A stretch of DNA of 64,000 nucleotides from Camelus dromedarius. Taxonomy: Eukaryota. A model generated the notes under the pieces. It saw only the letters and a list, made by a program, of their open reading frames with translations, ran no database searches and was not told where the DNA came from. This document shows positions 53,097 through 64,000 of the stretch, one piece after another. Each line of letters opens with the position of its first letter. Position 1 is the first letter of the stretch. The stretch spans positions 110,052,001-110,116,000 of the forward strand of contig NC_087437.1 in the NCBI RefSeq assembly GCF_036321535.1, read 5' to 3'. The position numbers and the translations under genes were made by a program.

Positions 53097-54479
53097 AGCA
53101 ATCATGTCTTGCATTTTATCAGCTCATTTGCATGAAAACCATGTCATTAGTATTGTATTTAGAGGTGTGGCCCTCACATCCATCTCTGTTGGAATTCATT
53201 TACTGCTGCCTCTAAATTCTTGAAGGTATGTCGTATACCTTTAATAATTTAAAAAAAGTTTACTGCCATCCTTAATGTCTATAACCAAGCTTCATGAGTT
53301 TGCATAGCTTGAAAGCCACACATTATTTTTTACACTTGCCTTGAAAGAATAACATCATTGCTCTACAGACTTAAAAGCGCAGGTGCACAGACTCCAGGTC
53401 ACGAGGAGATTCTATCACCAAGACTGTCTCGATTTTTGCTTCGGGAGAGAACCCAAATGTTCAGATCATTCTGCTTTTGCTTTGTTTTACTTTTTTGACA
53501 GGAGTGACATATTTGATTGCAAATAATATTTTTAGGCTCATCTAGAGCACTGTCATTCTTCCTGGTTTGTATGTTTTTATGTGGTTACATGGTGTTCAGT
53601 TTTATGTGCGTCAACATTTCTTAAACATGAGATGTCTAAAGCACGTTTTCCAGTAAAAGCTAAGTATGTGTATAATTTTTGTGTGTGTACATGATTGTGT
53701 GTTATAGTCAGTGAGACACATGCATATTTGAGTTGTGTAGACTAAATGTGTATGTTGAGGATATATTTTGTATACTAAGATATAAAACACATGTATCCTT
53801 TGTTAATCACGTCTAATACTCCCTTTAAATGATTTCCTGAATAGTTCCTAATAAAATCCTAAGTTCAGGAAAAGACTCATCAAGGAGTATCCATCTAATG
53901 CTATGAAGATCATGTAAAACATCAATCGTATAATCTGAAAAGTCAATGATATTTTAAGTTTTGGACTAAGGATTGTAAATTTGTAAATATAATAAGCAAA
54001 GCTACATTCTCAGAGTCCTTCCTGGCAAAATAGTCCAGGAGTTGTTTTATTGTTGTTGTTGTTCCTTTATTACCATACACAATATCCAGTTGCAGTGCTG
54101 TTTTGTTAATAAATATGTTTCCATTTATATCTAGTTGTTGCTGATGAGAAAGAATGATGATGGTATAAAGACTGATGGTATAAATACAGCAGGAAAGCTT
54201 TATTTACTCAGGGAAGGATCAGAGTCTTTATGGGATGGAATAATTAGAGGCATAACACATTAATTTTCTATGGATGGATAGTTTTAAAGACATCTGATAT
54301 TAAATCTTTAGATCATTTTCTTGACACAATTCTGGTAGTGATAATAATTGAAGAAGATGAAGATGTATCTTTTTTTATTAAATAACTCTATGAACATATT
54401 GCTATATGAAAGCTAATCATTCTTTATTTTTTATTGTCCAAGAAGACTGCTTTAATTTAAATGTACTGTTAAATTGTAT

Positions 54480-56520
54480 TGTCAATGTTAAAACCATGTT
54501 TACACAGTGAATGAGAACTGAAATAAGGCAAGGATTCCCACAATTACCTCTATTATGGATCATCTTTCTGTAGCGAATGTCAATGCACCTGGGAAGGAAA
54601 ATAGACTGAGAGATGATACAGTGGAATGTAACTATCATTATAAAACTTAAGATATGGTCACACTTGGAAAACACAAGAAAATCAAATTAACTACCATGGA
54701 GAGTACAATTAGATGATAGTTATAAACATTACACAACAATTTTCATGTATACTAACAAAGGTTTTCAGAAAATAGAATTGAATAATAGTTTATTTCAACC
54801 TCTGTAACAATGTCAAATAGAGCAATGGATTTAACAAGAAATGTGCATAACATTGGTGAAAATCTTTATGGAGGGCTATAGAAGATGAATGAATTTAGAG
54901 TTATACCATCTATGTTATTGTATGAGAAGATAAAACACAGAAATTATCACAGTCTTTCCACTGTAATTTATAAATGTGATAGGATTCTAATCAACATCAC
55001 CACGTGATTTTTTGGAGAAATCTCCAAAATTATCGTAATATTTATCTGAGTAAAGAAGATAGTTTTCCACACAAGAACTTTTTCTGTAGATACTAAAATA
55101 TATTTTAAAAAAACAGCATGGCACCATTGTTAGAATAGTTTATAAGAATACAATAAGAAGTTCAACTTTATCATTATGCTTATTTCCTAGTATTTTATTT
55201 ACGAATTTTATAAATATAAAGAATTATTCACATAATAGAATTTTTAGTTATCTTTTGTGATATCTTTTTTAAATCTAAGTATAAAAATAATGTTAACTTT
55301 ACATAATGTGTTTTCATGTTGATCTACCTGAACACCTAGGGAAAATACTTTGGAAAGATCTATTGAAAATATTTTCACTTACTCCCATAATTATTGGTTG
55401 AATTAAAATTTTAATTCCTCTTTGCAATATTTTTTGAGAAAAGCATGACTTTTATTCAGGTAGTTTCGGTTTCTTAGCATGTAACCCTAACGCTGTTGTC
55501 CTATAATTTGAGGGAAAAAACCCTTCTGTTGCCATTGTTCAATCTTCTTGCTCATATTTAATCTCATTCTACACTTAAATACACACACATAAAATTTACA
55601 TCACAAAGATTTTTTTCTTAATTTCTCCAACCTACTGACAATTTATTAACTCTACTCATTTTCTATATTCTAATTTCTTTAATGTTTGCTTTAATTTTTA
55701 TTATTTCTTCTTATGCATTTCTTCTTATGCCTTTTTAGTCTTTTCCTAACTTTTGAATTACAGAATATCTCCTTAATTTCACTCTTCCTATTGTAACTGT
55801 TAAATAATGAACATATTTAAAGCTCTGCCTATGTTTCATTTTATATATTGAAATACAAATTTAGATTTGCATATGCAGGTCTCTTATTTTCTAAATATTT
55901 TATTGTCTTATTCTTGATTTTTTCTTCCACTCATTACTTAATTAAAGAACACATTTCAGTAAAGTTTTTATTAAGCTATTCTCTAGTTTTGTAGCATCAT
56001 GAGTTGATAATACAAACACTATTTTTCTATTTTTGTAAATTATTGAGCTTTTTCTGAAGCGTAGACTATTTTTACTGTTTTTCTAAATATTCAACAAATT
56101 GTCAAAAAGAACTTATGATTTAAGAACATTACTGTTTTTGTATAGCATCAATTGTATTTTTCATTTCACCTATGTCTATTATTTTTCAATACATAATCGC
56201 TCCTAAATTTATAACTTTGTGATGAATTATCTAACACCAGTTGTGTTTCTCTTAAATTTGCTTATTTCTAATATTTCCCTTCGTATTATTTTAAGCTCTA
56301 CTCTTTGGTTCACTGTTGACCATAGCTGTTGTAACTTTATTATCAATTGCTCTCTTATCAATGTTTTGCAATACATTTGGACTATGTACTACTTTTCCTT
56401 TATATTTTGTTTCGTAATACTTTTGCTGCACTTGTTTTCACTCTCTTTTGCCTTTTATATTTTAGGCTATTTTTTCTTTAATATGTATTTACCTTTTTTG
56501 TGTTTAAAGCAGATGACCAC
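54480..56520. mobile_element. Highly degraded L1 fragments
   Basis: A-rich ORF2-like part (aactgaaataaggcaaggattcccac) followed by a T-rich antisense part; boundaries uncertain. Confidence 0.4.
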
Positions 56521-58410
56521 TACTGTCATCTAGTGGCAGCATACTCCAAATTTGTTGAATTATTACTGACTAGATAAATACTATGTTTGCAACAATGAAG
56601 TAATAATACTTTAGATATTGTCACAAAGTTCTGGAGGTTATGTATCCTACAATGTACCAAACCACTAAAAATTGTGGATGTTTTTGTCACAAAGAAAAGT
56701 GTATGAACACAGCATTTTAAAGATAATTGCAAGAGATGTATGGACAGACAGTAATTAACTTAAGGCACATAGCAGTTAATAAAAGCTAAGTTAGATGATT
56801 TCATAGGCCACACATCTTGTGGCCTCATATGGGACACTCAAATTTCTAAAGTATTAAAGGATTTCTTTAAATAGCAAAAAACATTAATCTTAACTGTTTC
56901 CAATTTCCCTTCACCCACAGACAAAAGGAAGACAGTGGTTCTCTTACATATCATTTAATAGTCAACTTTTTGAGTTACACAGTTACTTCTAGAAAGGGCT
57001 AAATAGACCAACCATTTGAAAACCAAAGTCAAGATTATTTGAAAGCAAATTCATCTCATTTTTTGACAAGCTTACTACTGGACTCTTATTATAGTAATTA
57101 TGCTAGACAGTAAGAAAGTCTTGACTAGAATCCTAGGCATACGGTGCAAACAGTTCATCTAGCAGAGTCAAAGTGTTCACTTTGATACGATTTCATAGAG
57201 CTTGCCAAAGCTTTAGAGAGGTTCTCCAGTATGTTAGAGTTACGTTAAGGAACACAAGTATTCTTCAAGGCAAAGGGGACTTTAATATGAGATTTCAGGT
57301 ACTTCTAGTCATATTAGGATGATCAAATACAATGTGTAATAAATTTATTAAGTTATCTTAGTCTTATGTCATTAAACATTCAGTTTATGTAACTTCCTAT
57401 GTTCTGGTTTTTTGACCCAGAACACAAACTTCTGATTATGTTCAGTCTTGCCATTCCTAACAGGAAAAGAATAAGCTGATTATATTGTGTTTAAGTCCTT
57501 TGGCCATTCTGACAGTGACTTCTTGGTGTAAATGAACAAATTGGCTTCTCATTATGATTCCATTCCCCATATGAAATAGAGATAACGTGGAGATAAAATG
57601 GGCTTTGGGTATTTCCATTTCCCTGTAACAGTAATTTGTCTCTGCAAGTTAATAAAATAATCTGATTATAATTTGAATTTCCATGTAGGTTAACTATGAG
57701 GAGAATTCACAAATCAGGCAAACTCAAGCATAACATTTCCTGCAACAATTATTTCTTTTCATATATTAATGAGTTGACTTTATGTTTTACAGATGATCCA
57801 CTTGAACTTGTTAATGTTAATCGGCCCCTGAGAAGTGGATTTATTCTCAATGTACTAAGTGAACCAAATCATCTAACCGAGCCCACCAGCTGAAGAGCTA
57901 GACTTTGGAGAGGAATAAATTTCTCAGAGCAATTAATGTTTTCCTAAGAGATTTCTGACAATTTGACTTTTTCTCCTTGGAAGATTCTAGATACCTCTTT
58001 CTATCCTCTATGAGCTGAGAAGAATCCATTACTGAATGAAATATCTTTTGTCAACATACAGCTGGGGCTAAACCACATACTTATTGTTACTCCAGGAAAC
58101 ATATTTACCCAGTCCATTTTTAATGCACTTACTAAGCAATATTCTGGGCTACCCTAGACAGATGAGCATGAAGACATATATGATCTATGACAGCAGTGGC
58201 CCTCGGACATGCCTCAGTGATGCACTCCACTACCTCAGCTTCCATGGTAACCACAGATTGTTTCTGCTCCTATTATTACAAGCTTCTCTGATGCATTAGT
58301 AGGTTAAATAGTGTATTTTGCTCTGCAACTGGCTGTCTTTGCTTAATTCATGAAGTTTATCTTATCTCTCTTTACCGTTTTTTTACCCCGTAAACTATCC
58401 AACACCTTTT

Positions 58411-58820
58411 TTTTCTTTTTTTTTTTTTTAAGTTGAGAATTATGTTTTATTTGGCAGACATTTCTGAGGACTCGAACCCCTTTGAGCCCGGGATGACAGA
58501 CTCTCAGATGGCTCTGAGGGACTGCTCCAAAGAGGTAGGGGAGGAGCCAGGATATGTAAGAGTTTTACAGCAAAGACCAGATAGTTGGAACATTAAAAGA
58601 TTACTTGTTAACTAAAGAAAACCAGACATCTCAAGTTAAAGAATTTAGTGCTTTTCTATGTATGAGAGGAAGCAAACATTTGGGCTCATTGAATTTATTC
58701 CTTTGACAAGCACCCAGCTGTCTAGGGCCAGTGTCCTGTCCCTTCTTATTATGAGTCCCCTCAGAGTGCACCATTGTGAGTGGCTGCAGAGGCAGGGCTG
58801 CAGGCTTGTCTTCCCTGGGG
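58411..58820 (-). mobile_element. 5'-truncated, polyadenylated (processed) copy of the ERV1-like LTR
   Basis: LTR homology 58430-58820, AATAAA at 58451-58446, poly(A) tail (T run 58407-58429), approximately 12-bp TSD ccaacac(c/t)tttt at 58399-58410 and 58821-58832. Confidence 0.85.
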
Positions 58821-59169
58821 CCAACACTTTTTATGTTAAACATTTGAAATTTCTTCCTTATACTCAAATGCATAGATGCCTTTGATACTGTAACCTGAAA
58901 ATCTGTCCCATGCCAGTATCCTGGCAGCCTGAGACAGTTCTCATACAAATAGTAATGGAAAAGTAAAACCTACCCTGCATCAGCAACATTGGTGCAGTTG
59001 TTAGTTCTGAATTTTCTTTAGATCTTTCCTCTTAGACCAAAAGTCAATTGATCCAAAGTCTGCAGTATTACAGTGTTATGAATGCAATCCTCATATTTTT
59101 AAATAAAAGAAAAAACCTATAACAGAAAACAGTGACCTTCATAAAATTCCACTAATAATGGCTTCCCAC

Positions 59170-59662
59170 TGTCGACTGAAATAAACGCGCAGCCTAGAAG
59201 TTAAGAGTTGTATTTTATTTGGCGGGAGGACTCGAGCCGGGATGACAGCCTCTCAGATGGCTCTGAGGGACTGCTCCAAGAAGTAGGGGAGGGGCTAGGA
59301 CATATAGGAGCTTTACAACAAAGACCAGGTAGTTGGAACAATAAAAGATTACTTGTTATCTAAAGAAAACCAGGCATCTCCAGTTAAAGAATTTAGTGCT
59401 TTTCTACGTATGGGAGGAAGCGAACATTTGGGCTCACTGAATTCATTCCTTTGACAAGCATCTAGCTGTCTAGGGCCAGTATCCTGTCCTTTCTTATTCT
59501 GAGTCCCTTCAGAGTGCACCGTTGTGAGTGGCTGCAGAGGCCGGGCTGCAGGCCTGTCCCCACTGGGGGGCGGCAGCAGCCACTGATGGCTTGGGTTCAG
59601 CATTCTTTGTTTACTGATATGGTTGCAATATTTTCACTCACATTGCAGTATTTTCGTTCACA
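59170..59662 (-). mobile_element. ERV1-like solo LTR (493 bp)
   Basis: TG...CA termini, TSD CCAC (59166-59169 and 59663-59666). Confidence 0.92.
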
Positions 59663-60367
59663 CCACTCAACTGGGACATAAAATGCTTGAATTCCTGGTA
59701 CTCGTTTAGAAATTTAACCTAGAATCAGTGGGATGAGTTAGTTGTCTGAATTTAGTGGGAGGAACAAAATTTATACAGGATCCTTCAGCGTCATGCTCAC
59801 ATTTTTTTCACGTAGAATTCTCTAAAATATATCCTGGGATGCATTCAAAGGAGCAGAATTAAAACATCTGGACTATGACATCTTCTCCAACCACAAAAGG
59901 ATTAAATGACAGATGAGTTCTTTGTAGTTACGCCACCTGTCATTGTTGAGGACTCTGACAAGAATCAATTTTCTGTTATTCTTATAATTACAGAAAAATA
60001 AAACCTGACTTCAGGGAGTTTTCGTTCTCACATTACATTCTCTTTACTGTGTAGATGTCATTTACTCCCTTGTACTGTATATTATGAACACTCATGGAAG
60101 TATGTTTTGTCAGATCTCAGGACCAGACACAGTATCATTTGAGAATCAGATTTACTTTTATCCTATGGACACTAAATCATATAATTAATTTCTATGACAG
60201 CTACCAGAAAATATACAGCCAAAGTCATGGATCATTCTTAGAAAACCAAGCAACCAAAAAACTTCAAAGTATACAATGTATGTAATAATCATAAGAACTC
60301 AGTCTAAGGATACCTTTGAACCCATTTATCTCTGAACCTATGATTTTACTTTTAAGTTTCTTTATAC

Positions 60368-60853
60368 TGTGAACAAAAATACTGCAATGTGATTGAAAGT
60401 ACTGCAAACATATCAGTAAACAAAGAATGCTGAACCCAAGTCATCAGCGGCTGCCACCACCCCCCAGTGGGGACAGGCCTGCAGCCCGGCCTCTGCAGCC
60501 ACTCACAATGGTGCCCCCTGAGGGGACTCAGAGTAAGAAAAGAGAGGAAACTGGCCCTAGGTGCTTGTCAAAGGAATGAATTCAATGGGCCCAAATGCTT
60601 GCTTCCTCCCATGCATAGAAAAACACTAAATTCTTTAACTGGAGATGCCTGGTATTCTTTAGTTGATAAGTAATCTTTTAATGTTCCAACTACCTAGTCT
60701 TTGTTGTAAAGCCCCTATATATCCTAGCTCCTCCCCTATCTCTTCGGAGCAGTCCCTCAGAGCAACCTGAGAGGCTGTCATCCCGGCTCAAGTCCTCCCG
60801 CCAAATAAAACATAACTCTTAACTTTTAGGCTGCGCATTTATTTCAGTTGACA
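60368..60853 (+). mobile_element. ERV1-like solo LTR (486 bp)
   Basis: TG...CA termini, TSD ATAC (60364-60367 and 60854-60857), TATA-like near 60716, AATAAA at 60804-60809. Confidence 0.92.
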
Positions 60854-61719
60854 ATACCTTCCAACTTATGTCTAGTTTAAACAATGGCAAATATATTCTC
60901 ATCTACAACATGCAAAACTTTAGAATGTCAACTTCATCCACTAGATTGGACAAACTCAATGGATAACTTCCGTTATATTTAGAATTTGGCGTTTTACCTT
61001 CATGTAACCTTTATACATTTGAGGTAATTTTATTTTGGTTTCTGACATAAAAGTTTTTCAATCTTAGTTTTCATTAAATGTAGTCTAATTTTGACATAAT
61101 TATGGAGTTAATATGCTTCACTTTCACTCCTGTTCATAATCCAAGGCCAAATGTGATATCTGTGTTTCATATTTTTGTTTCCTTTGGGGATTTATTAGGT
61201 TGTGATTTTGTGTTTATTTATTGTTGGTTGTATTTGTATGTTCCATACACCATATATTGGATTATCTAGATAATATTTGAATCTAAGGGGGGGATAGAAG
61301 ACAGAAAACTTGAAGGCACTTGAGATTTCATATCAAAGACACAGAAAAATAAAGTTCTTAATACAGAAAGCTGGAGAGATTAGCTTTTAATAAGTTTAAG
61401 AAACAATCCTCTTTGAAATAGAAGGAAGTATAAAAGGCCCACAGGACTATAAGAATCCTACTAGATGAGACAAAACCCACTGTTCAGTTTTCCTCTGATA
61501 GAGGACCATTCCTGACAGAGAGCTCAAATGCAAAAAATGTTTAGTAAATTAATAGCAGAATTCATTAAATGTGACAATAAGGGAAGACCTTCTACCTAAG
61601 GCAGTATCATCCACCCAGGTTGAATCCAGTAAGTTGATTTAGTCTATCCAACTTCTGTTTCCTTCATTTAAACAATTCAGCATGTCCACATGGTATCATC
61701 CTGACATCCTAACATGACA

Positions 61720-61880
61720 ACACTCTGTTATGATTATTTGCTTATATTCTTGTCTCACATAAGAGACTACGGACTACTTCAGGGCACGGGCCCTGTATTA
61801 CCCATCCCTTTACCCCATTGTCTCACAAGTCCTCTGACACATAGTAGATATTTAAATATTTGTGGAATGGAATTAATAGA
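61720..61880 (+). mobile_element. L2 3' end
   Basis: ctgacacatagtagatatttaaatatttgtggaatgg. Confidence 0.55.
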
Positions 61881-63459
61881 ACAATGGGTGGAAGAATAAA
61901 TAAATAAATTTTCATAAGAAGTTTATTAATTTCTTAGAATGTTTTTAGGCAAAGAGAATTTGTTTTGGATAACTTGTATTAACTAATTACTGTTGTAAAT
62001 TCTACCAGTTCAATCACATACCTACAATGAGATTATTTTCCTTGGTTAAAGGCCATAGGTACCCAGAATCCAAATTTTAATCCATCACCAATTTTCACAG
62101 TATCACGTGTCATCTACTAACTTTATTTTGAGTACTTTGTTAATAATATCTGAGATCAGAGAATCGGTTTACAGTTTAGAGAACATATTCTTTTGAGATA
62201 CAAGGGGAAACATTCAAAGCATCATCTGACAAACAGTTTTTCTGTCTTTGGACCAGAATTGTTCCACAACCAAAAGATTAATCTCCCCTCTTATATATAT
62301 TAACAGGTATTGATTAGTGGCATTAATTCTACCTATGTGACCTAATCTTTTCAGACATTTAAGGATTCATCAAAGACCTAAGTGGCCAATATCCTTATGA
62401 GACAGTGATATGCATATAATTTATATTTGGGAATCTAGTAATGCTGACAATACTATGTCAGTCAAAGGCATCATTGTTACTGTTGTGAGTGTGTTACAGT
62501 AATTTTTCATCTGGATAATAACACATCTAGATAAAAGTATTGCCTCGTGCTCCTGGATCTTATTACCAGGAGGAAAGCAAGAAACAGGTAGTTGGGTAGT
62601 GGTATTTAAACAGCTTAGACACTTCAGTAAGCTTTAAGTATACTTACATAAAAATCACCAGAGAAATATTGTTTCACAGATTTTATAAAAAATAAGACAA
62701 TTTCCTTTAAAAAATATGTCTTAGTATTTTAAGGTGACTAAAAACTGACAAAAAAAATACATGCCCAAGAGCAAGAGAAATATAATTATCACCATTTATC
62801 AGTTCAATCATTTTACTCTAATCTGTTTTCTGTTAATTTTTTAAAGAAATATTTCATCTGATTTTAACATTCTGGTCAGAGCACAGATTTCTGTTCAACC
62901 TACTTACTATATTTATATCCCCAACTTTTGCTAAGCATAGTTCTGTCTTGCAAACACTTTCCGTCCAGAGGCTTCCTCACTATAAGGCTTTGCTGGAAAG
63001 TATTCATAGAGCCCTTTCAGCCTGCCATTGCCTTCAGCAACCTTAATGACAAGGCAGCTCATGCTGGCAAAAAAAAAAAGAAAGAAAAGTGATGTCTTGA
63101 TTTAAGAGGTAGGACGTGTGAGACATCAGACATATATGTGTGGTATATTGTTTACAAATATAAGATCACTAGCATAGCTTTTTGTGCATCCCATAAAACT
63201 GCAGTTCTGTGATATTACCCCACCAGTGATGTATCAAACCTACACTCATCTGTCAGTTGGCATGGAAGTGGTGGTTGTAGAGCTAACATCCAGAACAATG
63301 TATCTCGCTATTCCACTGGCTTTGAACTGACTAAAAACCTTTATCAATGTCCAGAACTGTTGCGGACCTAACATCTGTTGGGCACTATTTTGTTATCTTA
63401 TCTTATTAAAATGTCACCAAATCTAAAGAGATAGACATACCTCCAACTTAGCATATCAA

Positions 63460-63570
63460 ACAATTTAGACACAGAAAGATTGAGTAATTGGTCAAAAGGT
63501 CACATAAGCAGTAAATAGAAGAGTGATGGTTCAAATTCAATTCTGCCCAGGTACATGGTTCTGACTTTGC
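63460..63570. mobile_element. MIR fragment
   Basis: gacacagaaagattgagtaattggtcaaaaggtcacataagcagtaaatagaagag. Confidence 0.55.
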
Positions 63571-64000
63571 TTTCTTTTGTTTTGTATTTTTACTACCATT
63601 GAGAACACTTCCTCTTCCCCTGGGAAAATGAAGAATTGAAATATTTGGTTTTTTTTTCCCCCAACACACTTCTTTGGACCCCATATGATCATAACATGTC
63701 TGGAAATTTACTCCACTAACCATTTACAAAGATTAAAATTGGAGCAACTGCTAGATGTTTTACCAAAGTCATCCCACAAAGGCACACTAAAAGTCACCCT
63801 TAGATAAGGGAGTACCACTCCAGGTGTGAGTAAACAAGCAAGCTGACCAGCTATAGAGCCATCAAACACATCGCATAGTTTTTGTAATCCTCTGATTGAG
63901 CTGAAGACCAATAGCCAAAAGGATGCGGTATATAAAATACAAATTACAGTCATGGAGGACTTCCATACTAAATGATGTAACAGAGCTGAAGACTGACAGA

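Noticed and set aside
58631..60673. Three similar ORFs (58631-58948, 59349-59603, 60467-60673) that look like a small gene family
   Set aside because: All lie within copies of the same LTR, and their frames and starts are not conserved
13210..60853. Same-orientation LTRs at 13210 and 60368 (or 58430 and 59170) as the two ends of one provirus
   Set aside because: Each has its own TSD, no gag/pol/env lies between them, and they differ at subfamily-level positions

Overview
AT-rich mammalian genomic DNA, most likely camelid (inferred from a tRNA-derived SINE at 28480-28638 and the L1 3' ends). It covers part of the high-glycine-tyrosine keratin-associated protein (HGT-KRTAP, KRTAP19/20/36-type) cluster. 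I find 13 single-exon KRTAP loci, all on the minus strand. Five are intact (17252-17425, 22084-22263, 26910-27083, 44626-44787, 52791-52982), one is open but frameshifted at its C-terminus (2541-2690), and seven are pseudogenes. Several of these are absent from the supplied ORF track or mis-started in it. The best-preserved loci share a TATA plus GGTGTG(G/A) promoter module. The rest is L1, L2, MIR, MaLR, hAT and ERV-LTR sequence. Notable items: a regularly spaced, nearly cysteine-free KRTAP triplet with signs of gene conversion; a solo LTR inside a KRTAP pseudogene; an L1-retroposed, polyadenylated LTR copy beside an inverted pair of the same LTR family; and a perfect 18-bp hairpin upstream of one gene. 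I see no evidence for a wholly new gene system beyond these. Subfamily and repeat names are from memory, not from database searches.
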